Positions 46,176 to 57,875 of a stretch of 64,000 bases of DNA are shown here, piece by piece. This DNA is from Peribolospora baueri (lineage: Eukaryota): contig JAMDHS010000013.1 of the NCBI GenBank assembly GCA_029717555.1, positions 186,001 through 250,000 of the forward strand, in the 5' to 3' direction. Every line of letters begins with the position of its first letter. Within the stretch, counting starts at the first letter, position 1. The notes beneath the pieces are model-generated. The model ran no database searches and was not told the DNA's origin. It was given only the letters and a program-made list of their open reading frames with translations. The translations under genes were made by a program, and so were the position numbers.

Positions 46176-49130
46176 TTAAGCGTCCTCGCCGTCATCCGAG
46201 TCATCTTCCTGATCAAACAGAGCAAGAGTGCCAAGCCTCTCCTTGGCGTTGGCCTTGCGAAGACCTTCGGCATTGAACCTGAACGAGGTCATGCTCTCCG
46301 GAAGCATAACCCCGGCCTCCCTTCCGCCCATCAAGACCTCGTCGAGACCGGGGAGAACAGAGTTGCGGAGAGCTCTTTCGGCCCGCTGGTTCCACATCCG
46401 CTGGACGTCGTCCTCGAGGGAGGTGAGACGGGCTTCGAGGGGAATGAGGCGGTGCAAGGCGCTGCCGGGGATGCTGTGAAGGATGGGCTCGACGGCGGGC
46501 AGGAAGGCTGTCAGGGACCGCGGAGGGGCCGTGCCATCTCGTCCGAGCGCGGACGGCCGCGGGGCCTCTGCGATGTCGACCATGGTCAGAGCCTGAGCGT
46601 ACGACGGTGCCTCGACTTGGTGCTCCTCGGGAGGAGGAGCAGCAACAGCAGCTCCTCCCCCTCCTCCTCCTCCTCCTCCGCCGGCGGTCGTGCGGCGCGC
46701 CTCGTTCTGGAGGACGAGCGGAAAGGTGGGAGAGAGGGGGTAAGGGACGTTCCGAAAGGGAGAAGCGACGATGGAGAGGCGCAACGTCGGCGGTGCGATG
46801 GAAGCGGACAAGGATCCAGGACCGGTCGCAGCGCGCCTGGCAGCGGTAGTAGAGTCGGTGCGGTGTGTCCTCGAAGGCTCGGTTGCCGTCGTCGAGGCGC
46901 GGGGCGGCGAGCCATGGGCCGACGTCGTCTGCTCCGGTTCTCTGGAAGGGTACGGTTGGGGAGGAAAAGCGGAAGGGGGATGCCAATGAGCTGCGGCCGT
47001 CGACGTCCTACGCGCCGCACTCGGAGGATCGGCAAGGGGGACGATGGAGGAAGAGATTCGTTGTTGAGACGACGACGGCGCGTCTGTGGGCAGAGTCCTC
47101 GCGCCGTGTCGACTCTGGCGAGCCAGTGCCGAGCCTCGCGCCGCCTCCGCCTCCGTCCCACCAGCACCAGCACCAGCACCAGCGCCAGCACCAGCACCAC
47201 CAGCACCACCTCCTCCTCCTCCTTGGCGGAGAGACGGCCCGGCGGCGGAAAATGTGATCGGCAAGGAGCGCTGGCGAACGCGAGCGTGAGCGTGCCTATC
47301 GACAAGACGCTGGCGCAATGACTGGATGCCCCTTCCGCCCCTCGTCGTCGGACCGGCAGGATCGGAGTCGGAGCGTCGAGCGGGAGGAGAAGCGACGACG
47401 ACCGCCGCCGGACGCTCGATCGCAAAGGGCCCTGCGACGAGCGCGAGCGCATGTCCCGGCGCTGGTCGCGTCCTCTCACCGTTCCCGCGGCCGTACAGCA
47501 CCGCCGCCGCCGACGAGGAGGAGGAGGAGGAGGCGGCAGCAGGGACGAGGGAGGCGCTGAACGTGGGCGACGACGCGACGGACGCCGGCATCATCCGACC
47601 TCCAGCGGTCATCGGCCTAACCGGAGTCATCGTAACGGCATCGTGGCCGACTGGCAGTGACTGCATGCCGTAGTAGTCGTGCGAGGTTGTGGGCCAAGCC
47701 AAAAACGGTTGTCGGGGCGCGTCGAAATTTTCAAACAACCGAAGTGCATCTTGTTGTTGCTGTTGTTGTTGAGCTTCCGAGAAGGCGTGCGGTGCGGGGC
47801 CAGTGAGCGGCGGCCAAGTGGAAGAGTGATTGGGGTGGTGGAAAAAGACGGAAGGTGGCGTCGGGGACCATTGGAACGGCGTCGTCGCCGGCAGACCCTG
47901 CTCGGTCGGCTCAGGTGTGGTAACGAGGGCATATTGAGGAAGCGACTGCTGCTGCTGGAAAAAACGCGCATGGGAGGAGGGCTGTGGCGGCGTGAACGCT
48001 GGCTGGTGAGCAAAGGTGAAGGCGGCGCTGTTCCCCGGTGTCACCGGACGAGAACCGAGCTGGAGCGAGGGGACGTCGGTGGCGAGCGAATCGAGGGTGG
48101 ATGCGCGGGAAGGCAGTTGAAGGAAAGGAGGCGTGGAGGGCGCCAATGACGACGGCGATGGTCGTGGTGGTGGAACGACGTCGTCGATCGAGACGGACTG
48201 AAAGGGAGAGGTGCGACGAGAGGTGGGCGAGTCTGACTCTGTCGATTCGGTGGGCGCGAGGATGGGGCTGGGCGTGAGGTGCAAGGGAGCTCGAGGGCGA
48301 TGATTTCCCTCTTCCTCATCGTCGCTCGACGAAGACTGTCGGCCGCTGGCAGAGTATACACCGGCGTCACCGACGGACGCGGAGGGCGTAACGGCGGAGG
48401 AGTGAGAGGAGCTGCCGGTGTGTTGTCGGGAACGAGAGGGAGCGTTAGATCTGTTGGCTCCGCTTCGTCTGTGCCTGCCGCTCTCGGCGTCCCAGAGCTC
48501 GCCGGCTCGGTGGAGGCAGCCGAGGGCGGAGGCGTGGAGAGCGTGATGGACGTCGGAAAGAGGGTCGAGAGAGGAGAAAAAAGGGTCGCCTTGGGGGCCC
48601 GGTTTGTCGTTCGCGTCTGCTCCGTAGAAGGAAGGAAGATCGTAGCTATAGGGTTCCTCGTAGAGGAGAGCAAAGCGCCGGTGGTCGAAGGGGTCTGCGT
48701 TCATGGCGCCGCCGCAGTCTCTTTCGTCCTCGTCCACGTCCATGTCCAGGTCCAGGAACTTGGCGCGCAATTGAGAAGGAAAAAAGGGCGAGAGGAGAGG
48801 GGGAGCGTGGACGTGGTCGTCGACCGCGGACGGAGACCATGCCGGCGACGCCGGCGGGACGGCGGTGACTGAGCTCGGAGAGGGAAGCAGAGCCGGCGGA
48901 CAGGGGTCTGGCTGAGAGCGGGGGCGATGGGGGGGCGCACCGCCGCCGCCAGAGCCAGAGGGGCGCCTCCTGCGCGTGAACTTGAGCCTAGAGCGGGCGG
49001 GCTGGTGCTGGTGCTGGAGTCCGAGAAAGATCTCGTCGTCGGACGTGGCCAGTCTTCTGCGTTTCATCAGCGGCGGCCGAGGCCGATGTGAGCCCGCGTT
49101 GTTGTTGTTTTCAACGAGGGTGGGAGACAT
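46176..49130 (-). CDS. 984-aa low-complexity protein of unknown function (apparently single exon)
   Basis: Uninterrupted 2955-nt ATG-initiated ORF, Ser/Pro/Gln-rich, with basic clusters (MKRRRL, KFTRRRR) and a more ordered C-terminal ~110 aa. No family recognised. Confidence 0.72.
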   Translation of the reverse strand: MSPTLVENNNNAGSHRPRPPLMKRRRLATSDDEIFLGLQHQHQPARSRLKFTRRRRPSGSGGGGAPPHRPRSQPDPCPPALLPSPSSVTAVPPASPAWSPSAVDDHVHAPPLLSPFFPSQLRAKFLDLDMDVDEDERDCGGAMNADPFDHRRFALLYEEPYSYDLPSFYGADANDKPGPQGDPFFSSLDPLSDVHHALHASALGCLHRAGELWDAESGRHRRSGANRSNAPSRSRQHTGSSSHSSAVTPSASVGDAGVYSASGRQSSSSDDEEEGNHRPRAPLHLTPSPILAPTESTESDSPTSRRTSPFQSVSIDDVVPPPRPSPSSLAPSTPPFLQLPSRASTLDSLATDVPSLQLGSRPVTPGNSAAFTFAHQPAFTPPQPSSHARFFQQQQSLPQYALVTTPEPTEQGLPATTPFQWSPTPPSVFFHHPNHSSTWPPLTGPAPHAFSEAQQQQQQQDALRLFENFDAPRQPFLAWPTTSHDYYGMQSLPVGHDAVTMTPVRPMTAGGRMMPASVASSPTFSASLVPAAASSSSSSSAAAVLYGRGNGERTRPAPGHALALVAGPFAIERPAAVVVASPPARRSDSDPAGPTTRGGRGIQSLRQRLVDRHAHARVRQRSLPITFSAAGPSLRQGGGGGGAGGAGAGAGAGAGAGGTEAEAARGSALARQSRHGARTLPTDAPSSSQQRISSSIVPLADPPSAARRTSTAAAHWHPPSAFPPQPYPSREPEQTTSAHGSPPRASTTATEPSRTHRTDSTTAARRAATGPGSLSASIAPPTLRLSIVASPFRNVPYPLSPTFPLVLQNEARRTTAGGGGGGGGGGAAVAAPPPEEHQVEAPSYAQALTMVDIAEAPRPSALGRDGTAPPRSLTAFLPAVEPILHSIPGSALHRLIPLEARLTSLEDDVQRMWNQRAERALRNSVLPGLDEVLMGGREAGVMLPESMTSFRFNAEGLRKANAKERLGTLALFDQEDDSDDGEDA

Positions 49131-51820
49131 GTGCGGACCAGCCGGTGAGCATGAGCGGGCAAGGGGGATCTAATATGATCTGATCGAGTCGAGTCTCGTC
49201 CTGTCCGGGGCCTGGAGAGAAGAGTAGGAGAAGGCGAAATGGAAGATTGGCCAAGGGGAGAGGGTGAGTGGAAGGAAGAATGAAGAGGGAAGAAGAAGGG
49301 AGAAGGGAGAAGGAGGGCAAGCGAAGGAACGGAGTAAGAAGGGGACGGACGACGGTCCGTCGGGACGACCGCCGGCACCGTCTTGTTCTTGTATGAAGGA
49401 GGAGGAAGAGGGGCCTTGGCTAGCGCTAGCTCGTCATAGCCTGCAAGCAAGCAAGTTCAGATCAGATGAGTGATCGTCCACGCGGGCAGGCTGTCAACGA
49501 CAGGCGGTGCGGTGCCGCGTCGAACCGCCAGCTGTTGTTTGTCGGCTGCCAGCCGATAAGGTCGAAAGGAGGATGCCAGGCACGCGCCCAGGGAAGGGTG
49601 TGCTAGACAAGAGGAGGAAACGAGGGGAAGGAAAGCGAGACAAGAGGAGGCGGGGTGAGCAGGAAGAAAGGAGGAGAGAGCGGAAGGAGAACGGCGCACC
49701 GACTCTTGAAGGATCTGGTGTCGTTCGTCGTTCGTCGTTCGTCGTTCGTCGTTGGCCTGCTGCGCGGTAAGTGCGTACATCCGAGAAACGACAGGTGCTC
49801 CCGTCCGTCCCGCCGTCGGATGGAGGGCGTGAGTGAGGCTGTGTGAGAGGTCAGACAGGCACAAGCGACATGATAGACAGTGTTTCTCCTCGCCTCCTCC
49901 TCCCCGGCGAGCTGCTGCTGCTCGCTTGCGTGCTGCGTTGCAGGCGCGGGGAAAGGGAGCGGAGTGGAGCCCAGGCGAGGTTAGGCGAGGCGAGGTGACA
50001 TGACCTGACGGTACTGCAACTGCAACTACCACTGCTGATGATCGCGGTGCTGCTCTCGCTACTTCAACGACGACGCTTGCCACGGATGAAAGCCGCGTGC
50101 ACACATCGACGCCACCTGGTCGATCGTCTGCGCGTCTCCTTGTCTGCTCGTCTGCGACAACGACAACGACAACGACAACATGATCCTACTTACTCACCGC
50201 CCGCGCGCAACGACGAAGCTTAGCTACATGGGCGCCGATTCACGGACGCGAGAACGGGCGTCGATCGACGGAGGACGGAGGAGGTGGTACCGGGGCGTCG
50301 CACAGCCTCGGGATCGACCTCGCGTCTGTCTGTCTGTCTCTGCGGTGGAGGCAGGCGCACGTCTACGTCTACGTCTACGTCTAGCCTCCGCCATCGACGC
50401 TACGCCGCGATCTACAATAGCCACCCGACCGGCTGACGTGAGGCGCCCCACGACAGCTGGAGCGAGCTAGTCGACCTCGATGGCATCCAACCCCGACCGG
50501 CCATATGATCCGTCGCCCATCTCATCCACGTTCTCGACGGCGAGAAGAGATGGGCAAGATAAGAAAGTAAGTAGCAGCTGGGAGCGCAGCGCCGAACGAG
50601 GGATCTATCCGACGATCCCCATCCTTTTCTCCTCTCCTCTCCTTCTCCTCTAGCACCGACCCGCCGTCAAATCCGGTTTTCCATCCATCCACCCGGATTT
50701 CCTGTTCCGCTTCCGGCTGGCGCTGGCGTTTCATGCGCGCGTGGCGATGTTGGGCAGACAGACACAGACGGTCAGCGGGCGGCTGTCTTTGATTGATGTG
50801 CTGATCTGATCGTCTGCTATCTGTCTCCTGTCTTCTTGGCTCCAACTCCCTCCGTCGTCCATCCATCCACCTCCATGCGCCCTCTAAGAAGAATGCTGCG
50901 GCAGCTTCACCCGAGCGTCGTCGTCCTCCCTCCCAGCGGATGCTTTCGCACGCCAAGAAGGGACGTCGACGTGTCAGGATGATCCGAATCAGGTCCGGTG
51001 GGTCGAGTCGACGACGCTGCCGTCCGCTGCGCTCGTTGGATTGTTGGCCTCCTCCTCCTCCTCCTCCTCGTCGACGAACGTGGGCGCCGCCACCGTGTCG
51101 GCCGCGGTCACGCGCTCTGCGGCCCGGAGGAAGAAGGAAGGCGAGGCGCCTCCGCTTGCCGCTCCGTGTTGGTGTTGGTGTTGGGGCTGTGCTGCCGTCG
51201 ACCCCCACCCACGCTGCGACGCTGCGTCTCGGCTCGCACATGCTCATCCTCATCACCACCTCTCGCTTCTTTCCTCGTCCCTTCTGCCTCCGTCTCTTCA
51301 CGTGATAGAAATGCGTCTTTTGTCTTTCGTTTCGTTTCGTCTCGCCTCGTCTCGCCTCGCCTCGCTACGCCTTCCCAGCGCAGCGTGCGGCCGACGATGC
51401 CGCTCCACTTCGATCAGGCACAAGACCACGCACGCACGAAATCCGCTCAGCTCGGCCGTACCGTACCGTAGCATCTGCCGCAGCTCCCCGTCTCGTGGCC
51501 GCTTGCCCAGCCAGATTGATAGAATAGAATAGATACACAGACAGACGGTTGTTGAGTCGAGTCGGCACAGCATCGCATCGCATCGTGAATCTGCAGTAGC
51601 CAGGGGGATGAGGAAGGATGGGGATCATCAGCCAGGACCGGACCGGACCGGACGACCTGGAGTGACGGGGTAAATGGCGTCGTCCCTCGAAAGCGATCGT
51701 CGGACGTCCGGACGTCGGTCGGCCGAGTGCGTACATGCGTCTCAGCGCTTGACAGGACAGACAGGAACGGGACAGGCGGGAGCAGAGTCAAGCCAAAGCT
51801 CAGCAAAGACTAGCTAAGCC

Positions 51821-51857
51821 AAACCAAACCAAACCAAACCAAGACAAGACAAGACAA
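51821..51857. repeat. Compound (AAACC)n/(AAGAC)n microsatellite
   Basis: Read directly. Confidence 0.9.
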
Positions 51858-52622
51858 GCGCGCGCGCCTCCTCTCGATCGGACCGGATCGACGTCGCCTC
51901 GCTTGCTTGCTTACGAACACTCCACCCCCGGTCGCCTTTACGCCCCGGAAGCGAGTAGAATGAAGAGAGTTGGATTGATTTGGTCCAAGTCGACATGTCC
52001 CTTCTCCCCCGGGGCCCGTGTCCTTATATGCAGGGAATCAGGTCAGGTCAAGAGAAGGGTCAAGGGTCTAGAAATAATGGAGAGGAACGATAGGAACCGA
52101 GTGGATCACATGCTTCGTGCGCAGGGGTGTGAACAATGCGGAACACCTATGAGACGTCAACACAGTCAGTCACACATCGTCCCCGTCCTTCTTTCTGTCT
52201 GCGACTCTCCCTCTCTCTCCGTTCTACTTTCTCCGTCATCCCCAGAGAACGGCCGTGTTGGATGGCAAACAAAACAGGGCATCGTGATGGAGCAAGGTAA
52301 GGCTAGGCTAGGCAGCCGGAAACCGTGTGACTGCGGGCAGCAAGTCCCGAGCGAGGATAAGGGAAGTGGATAGATAGAATACAGGAGCAGAGTGGGGGCG
52401 TGGGCTAGCTAGCGTTCAACAAGAAACATATTGCGGAAGGGGTATATGGGTTCGACGGGAACGAACAAAATCGACCGACGCGACGACGTCATCCATCCGC
52501 ACAAAAACGCGCCCAGCGAAAAACAGGGTCGAGGGGAGGAGACGACGAGTGTGTCGATACGCGAGAGGAGTGGAAGAAAAAAAATAAAAAGAGAGGGAGA
52601 AAAAAAATATGGACGGTGTGGG

Positions 52623-55600
52623 TCATGCCAACGAGTTGGTCGTCTTCGTCGCTGCCGGCAGCGCCGCGACGGCGGCCACCGACGGGCGTGGCCTCGCTTC
52701 GCCATCTTCGTTGGCGCTGCTACTGCTCGCCGGCGCCGAAGTGGAGACGGGACGGCTGCCGGCGACGACGTCTCGTTCCCTTCCGCCACCGCCACCGCCA
52801 CCGCCGTTGCCGTTGCCGTTGGCCGTGACGCGTCGCTTCGGTTTCGGCCTCGCCGACGAACCGCGAGAAGAAATGGCGTCCTCCTCCGTCTCGACGTTGA
52901 GACGCGACGCCCCGCCTCCGACCGTCGAACGCCTCCTCGGCCGAGGGACGCCGGTGACGAGTGGAAAAGTCTGCCTTCGCACACGAGCCGAACTGCCTCT
53001 CCTCCGTCCCCCCCCTCCGCCGCCAGAAGTCGCGCCGGGCATAGGTGTCAAGTCGAAATCATCGGCGTCGTCCAGCGAGATCTCGACGACGGACTGCGAG
53101 AGTTGCGGCGGCAGGAAGGGGCGCTTGCCGCCCGAGTCCTCCTCATCGGCAGACCAACCGCGGGAGCAACGCGCCGGAGAAGGTGGCACGGCCGACGACG
53201 AGGACGTTTGGTGGCCGGGTGCGGAGGAGGAGGACTCGAAAGGCTGTGCGAAGGGATCGAAGATTCTCGGCGACAGCGGCGGTCCGTCCAAACACGTCGG
53301 GCTCAGCATTACCCTCTTCGTCTCGTCCTGCCCTTGCGACTCGTCGTCCGGCGGGAAGATGAGTCCTGGCAAGCTCGGTCGTCGATGGCACTCGAAACTC
53401 TGAGGGCTCCCGACGACGGAGCCGACGCCAGACGGAGACGCCGACGTCTCACCGGTAGACGTACCAACGCTGGTGACGGACGAGGAGAAAAAGTCGTGCT
53501 CGGCGGCGACACGAGCAGTGAGGTCGTTGAGGCGTGACTGTAGCAGGCGCACCTGAGCCTCGGCACGCTCCGCCCGAAAGGCGAGACGAGTGGTCACTGA
53601 CTCGTACTGCACGAAGGATGGAAGGGAGCGATGGGGCGAGACGACGGAAAAGGCTCAGCGCGGGCGCAAGTACGACGATCTGAAGAAAAGAGAAAAACTC
53701 ACAGCCTCCTTCTCCACCTCCCACTCGTCCCTCGCGATCGACAACTTCCACCTGGCGATCTCCACCTCCTTCCCGTTCCTCTCCGCGTCGACCTGCCACC
53801 GCTTGCCTTTGGACTTTGCCTCTTTGAGCTCCTTCTTGAGCGCCTTGATCTCCCTCTCCGAGCTGCCCAACGGCGCTCCCCCTCCTCCTCCCCCTCCTCC
53901 TCCGCCACCGCCGATGAAACCAAACGAAGGGCGAAACGCTACTGCAGGACTGTCCGAAGGCGTATTATACTGCACCAGGGGTGTGGAGCGGAACGACGAA
54001 GGCGAGGGCGGCGCGCCCAACGAGCTCGGAAGCGGCACCGTCCATGCGGCGCCTTGGCTCAGCGGCGTGCTTGCCTGGAGAAGACCGCCCCAAGGCGTGG
54101 CCGCCGCGCTGGCATGGACGGTACGGTGGGGAGGCCCAGGAGCGCCCGACGGCCCCGCTCTGTCTCCCGTCCACGTCGCTGTAATCTGGGAGAGGGCCAT
54201 CTCGGCTTTGAAAGTGGTCGAAGGGGGCACCGACACGCTCCGGTTCGTCCGGCCCCCACCCGCGGCCGACGCTTCCTCGTCCGGGTGTTCCCCGTTCGAA
54301 GACGAGGAGGCGCGGAAGCGGGCGGAGGGAAGAGAGTCATCGACGACCGACGACGACGACGACGACGACGACAAGGGGAGCATCGTCGAAGCGTCCCGCT
54401 CCCGGCCCTTACCGGACGCCTTACCATCCTTGCTCCTCCTCCCCCTCAGCTCGGCAGCCTCGGCGCCCGCGCCCGTGCCCTGGGTGCGCGCTCGTACCTT
54501 GTCCGCGAGGTCGAGCGGCGGTCCGAGACCGAGGACCCTGTCGGAGCCGGACGTGAACTGAACGGCCGACACGCCCTCCAGGGCCGACCTCGGTCGAGGC
54601 GGCGGCGGAGGCACGACGAGGGAGGAGGTGCGAAAGCCGGAGCCGAGGCCGGGGCCGGTGGAAGAGGTTCTGCGCATTTCGAGCGAGGCGACGGAGAGCG
54701 CAAACGAAGAAGAACGCGAGCGCGAGCGCAAGTGTGATCCCACTGGCACAGCGTTCGCGTCCCGCTCCCGTCCCCCTTCCTTTTCGCCTTCGACCTTGTT
54801 GTCGGCGTCGGCGTCGGTGCCCGGCTCGCTCGCATAGTCCGTCTCGGCGAACACGCTCGCCAGCGACGACGGGGCAGGGTGGAAAGGCGGAAGGGAGTGC
54901 GGCGTGGGGGCCTCCTTGTCCTCCTCGCCGTCGTTCCTCAGTTCCGCGTACGGCCGTTGGGGAGGGTACGCCCATTGCCAAGGACCGGGGCCATCTTGGT
55001 GAGGCACGCCCCAATGGCCGCCTTGAGAGGGCGGGGGCGCAGGGACCATCATCATCATGCCGTACGGCATGGCCACGCCGTGGGGATCCCATCCGACTTG
55101 ACCATGCTGGTGGTGTTGTTGCTGCTGCTGCCGGCCGGTCCGTGGGAGGAACAAGTTCGGATCGCCCGCGCGCGGGGCGTACGCGTCGGCCGACTCGAGA
55201 TGATAGGAAGGGGGACATGACTCAGGGGTCGTCGAGAAGGCATGATGGAAGGGCGCGGCGTCGATGTACTGAGGAGGAGGAAGGGCGGAGAAGGAGTACG
55301 GCATCGGCACGCCGGCGTAGCCGAAGGGCATGCCGGCTCGATTGGGCGGAACGGGATAGGGAGAGAGGAGGCCCAGTCCGGCGCCTTCTCCGTTCAGGTG
55401 ACCCGGGCCAGGGTCGAGATGGCCAATGGCCGCCGCCGTCGCCACATCCAGGGTGGCAACGGCGCCGTGAGGAGACAAAGGCGGAGCGTTTTCGTGAGAC
55501 GAAGGGTGAACGAAGCCGTGGCCCTGACCCTGACCAGAGGACGTCCCGTGTGTATATCCACCGCCCAGGACGGTCATCGGCTCGGCCGGCTGGGGGGCAC

Positions 55601-57086
55601 TGACGAGGGCAGGGGCTGTCCGGGGGGAAGAGGGTCCAGCGGAGCGGCCTCGATGAGGCTCACGCTCCTCTCCGACTGCGGGGGTCTCTCTCGGCTCGGC
55701 GCTCTCCGAAGCGCCGGGAACGACGATAGGCTCGGCGGGACCCTTGGTCTCCACCCAGTCGTCCTTCGTCCCTCCCATGGACATGGTCGCCGTCACCGTC
55801 GTCTCGCCGGGCAAGGAAACATGGTGAACATGCGGCGTGGCGAGACAGCTGGACTGGGCAGAGGTGATGGCAGAGGTGGCGGCGGAGGAGGAAAAGGTGC
55901 GGCCGGCGTCGCGGAGGGAGGAAGAGGAAGCTTCGTTGGAGGCGTTCGAGTTGGAGGAGGAGGAGGCGGAGGAGGAAGCGGAGACGGCGGATTCGTCGCG
56001 TCTCGTTCGGACGAGGACGTTGTACGCGGCGGAGCCCGGTACGTGGGCTTGGTTGAGGAGACGACCGAGGTAGGCGTCGCCGCCGCCGCCGCCGGACGAC
56101 GCGACTCGGCCGTGGCGCGTTCTGGGCGCGTTTGGGGGACGACCGGCGGAAGGGACGGAGGCGGAGCGCTCGGCACGCTCGTCGCCCTCGTCTCGTGGAG
56201 CGTTCCTCCTCCGTCGCTGGGACGAGACGGTAACGAAGGCTTGCGGGTGGGAGTCGTCGGCCAGTGGCGCCGGCGCCGAGGAGACGCCGGGAAGCGAGCG
56301 GTTTGCAGCGCTGACGTCGTCAGCGAATCGTCCCTTATCACCCGAGCCGTGCTGTACTCGGTCGAGAGAGCGCGGAGAAGGATCGGGGCGAGGCCTGGCC
56401 TCTGCGGACGGGTCGGCGTCGGAGGGCGTCTGAACGATGACCTCGAGCGTCTCCGAAGCCTCCTCCCTCTCCTTGTCCCTCTCTCTCTCCCTCTCCTTCT
56501 CCCTAGCCACCGCCGCCGCTGCCTCCTCCCTACCCTTCTCCCTCGCCGCCTTGCGGCCCTTGCTCTTCTTCCTCGTCGGAGGCGGTGAGAGGGCGGCGGG
56601 CGCGGACGAAGAAGAAGAAGAAGAAGAGGCGACGATGGGCGGTACGAGCTCGGGCACGGGCTCGAGTTCACCACCGGGCTGACCGGGCTCGACGGAAGCT
56701 CGGCCCGGTGTATCCTTGCCCTTGTCCTTGTCCCTGTCCTTGTCAACGCCTCCGCCGGCGCCCTTGGCCCTCCGCCTTAATCGCTGCTGACTGTTGTCTC
56801 TGTCCTTGTCCTTGTCGCCTTCGCCTACACCTACGCCTGACGGACCGACCTGAGCCTGAGGGTTCTGAAGACCGACCTCTCTAAGAAGTAGCTCTGCGGT
56901 ATTACACCTACTCTCAAGATCCCTCCTAGCGCGCTCAAAGGAAGCGTACACGCAGACGACGGCGGCGACGGCGAGGGCGGCGAAGGAGGAGAGGAGGAGG
57001 AGGATGTTGGAAGGGGTGGCCCAGGTGGTGAAGAGGGTGGAGCCGGAGCCGTAGGAGGTGGAGATTGCGCGGGATTCGATGGGCAT
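52623..57086 (-). CDS. About 1455-aa membrane-anchored low-complexity/coiled-coil protein of unknown function (2 exons, intron 53607-53702)
   Basis: ATG 57086 (MPIESRAIST), TM segment ILLLLSSFAALAVAAVVCVYA, and an in-frame GTGAGT...CAG intron joining the 1203-aa and 329-aa ORFs within a heptad coiled coil. Confidence 0.75.
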
Positions 57087-57785
57087 GTCTGAAAGGGGGA
57101 AGAGGAAGAGGGAGGAGGGTATCGAGAAGCGGGGCGGGGGCGGGTCGTAGGAGGTAAGAGAGCTGGAAAGGAAGGTGGGGGTGTGGAGCGGCGAGACCGG
57201 GCAGGGGCAACGAGAGAAGGAGAGGAAACGAGGTGGCGGCGGGTCAGCGGTGGGCTCATCCGTCAAAGTCGAAGTCGGGAAGGAGGGAAGAGGAGGTTAT
57301 GTATGTATGTGTGTGAGGAGGGTTAAAGAAGATGTGGTCAGGAGCGGTGGACGGCCATCGAGGATGATCGGCGGGCGGGGAAGATGGGAGGAGGGGTTAA
57401 AAGAGAGAGAGCGAGAGAGCGTGAGAGAGCGAAGTCAAAATGGAGCAAAGGAAAGAAGTATGGAAGGAAAGAGGTAGAAGGAGTGGGGAAGGGCGTCGGT
57501 GCGGAGATGGAGAGCAAGTCGGGATGGAATCGAATACCGGGGAGATGAAAAGAGAAGGGGATGTAAAACGCAGGGGGGCGTGGGCGAGGCGAGCGAGGCG
57601 AGGGGGTAAGAGAGAAGGAGAGATAGAGGAGTATGGGATGGTGTGTGAGGCGAAAGGAAGGGTTAGTTGGTTGGTGGTGGGACGGAGGGAGTGGAGTGAG
57701 TGGTTTGGGTCGCTGGTGGTGTTGGCGGCCGATGGATTGCCGACGGGAGAGGCGACGACCGACAGACGATGGTCAAACCGCCGCG

Positions 57786-57875
57786 TCCCTGTCCCTTGTC
57801 TGTCCCTGTTCGTCTGTTTCTGTCTGTTTCTGTCTGTCCCTGTCTGTCCCTGTCTGTCCCTGTCTTGTCCCTGTT
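57786..57875. repeat. Degenerate (TGTCTGTCCC)n tandem repeat
   Basis: Read directly. Confidence 0.8.

Noticed and set aside
50522..51532. 259-aa and ~160-aa ORFs in the long intergenic region
   Set aside because: Low-complexity, repeat-derived translations on overlapping frames with no recognisable domain or splice support.
46101..56588. Long plus-strand ORFs 46101-47321, 52431-53537, 53590-54737 and 55242-56588
   Set aside because: They are antisense to longer minus-strand ORFs, with Arg/Gly-rich composition typical of GC-rich off-frames.
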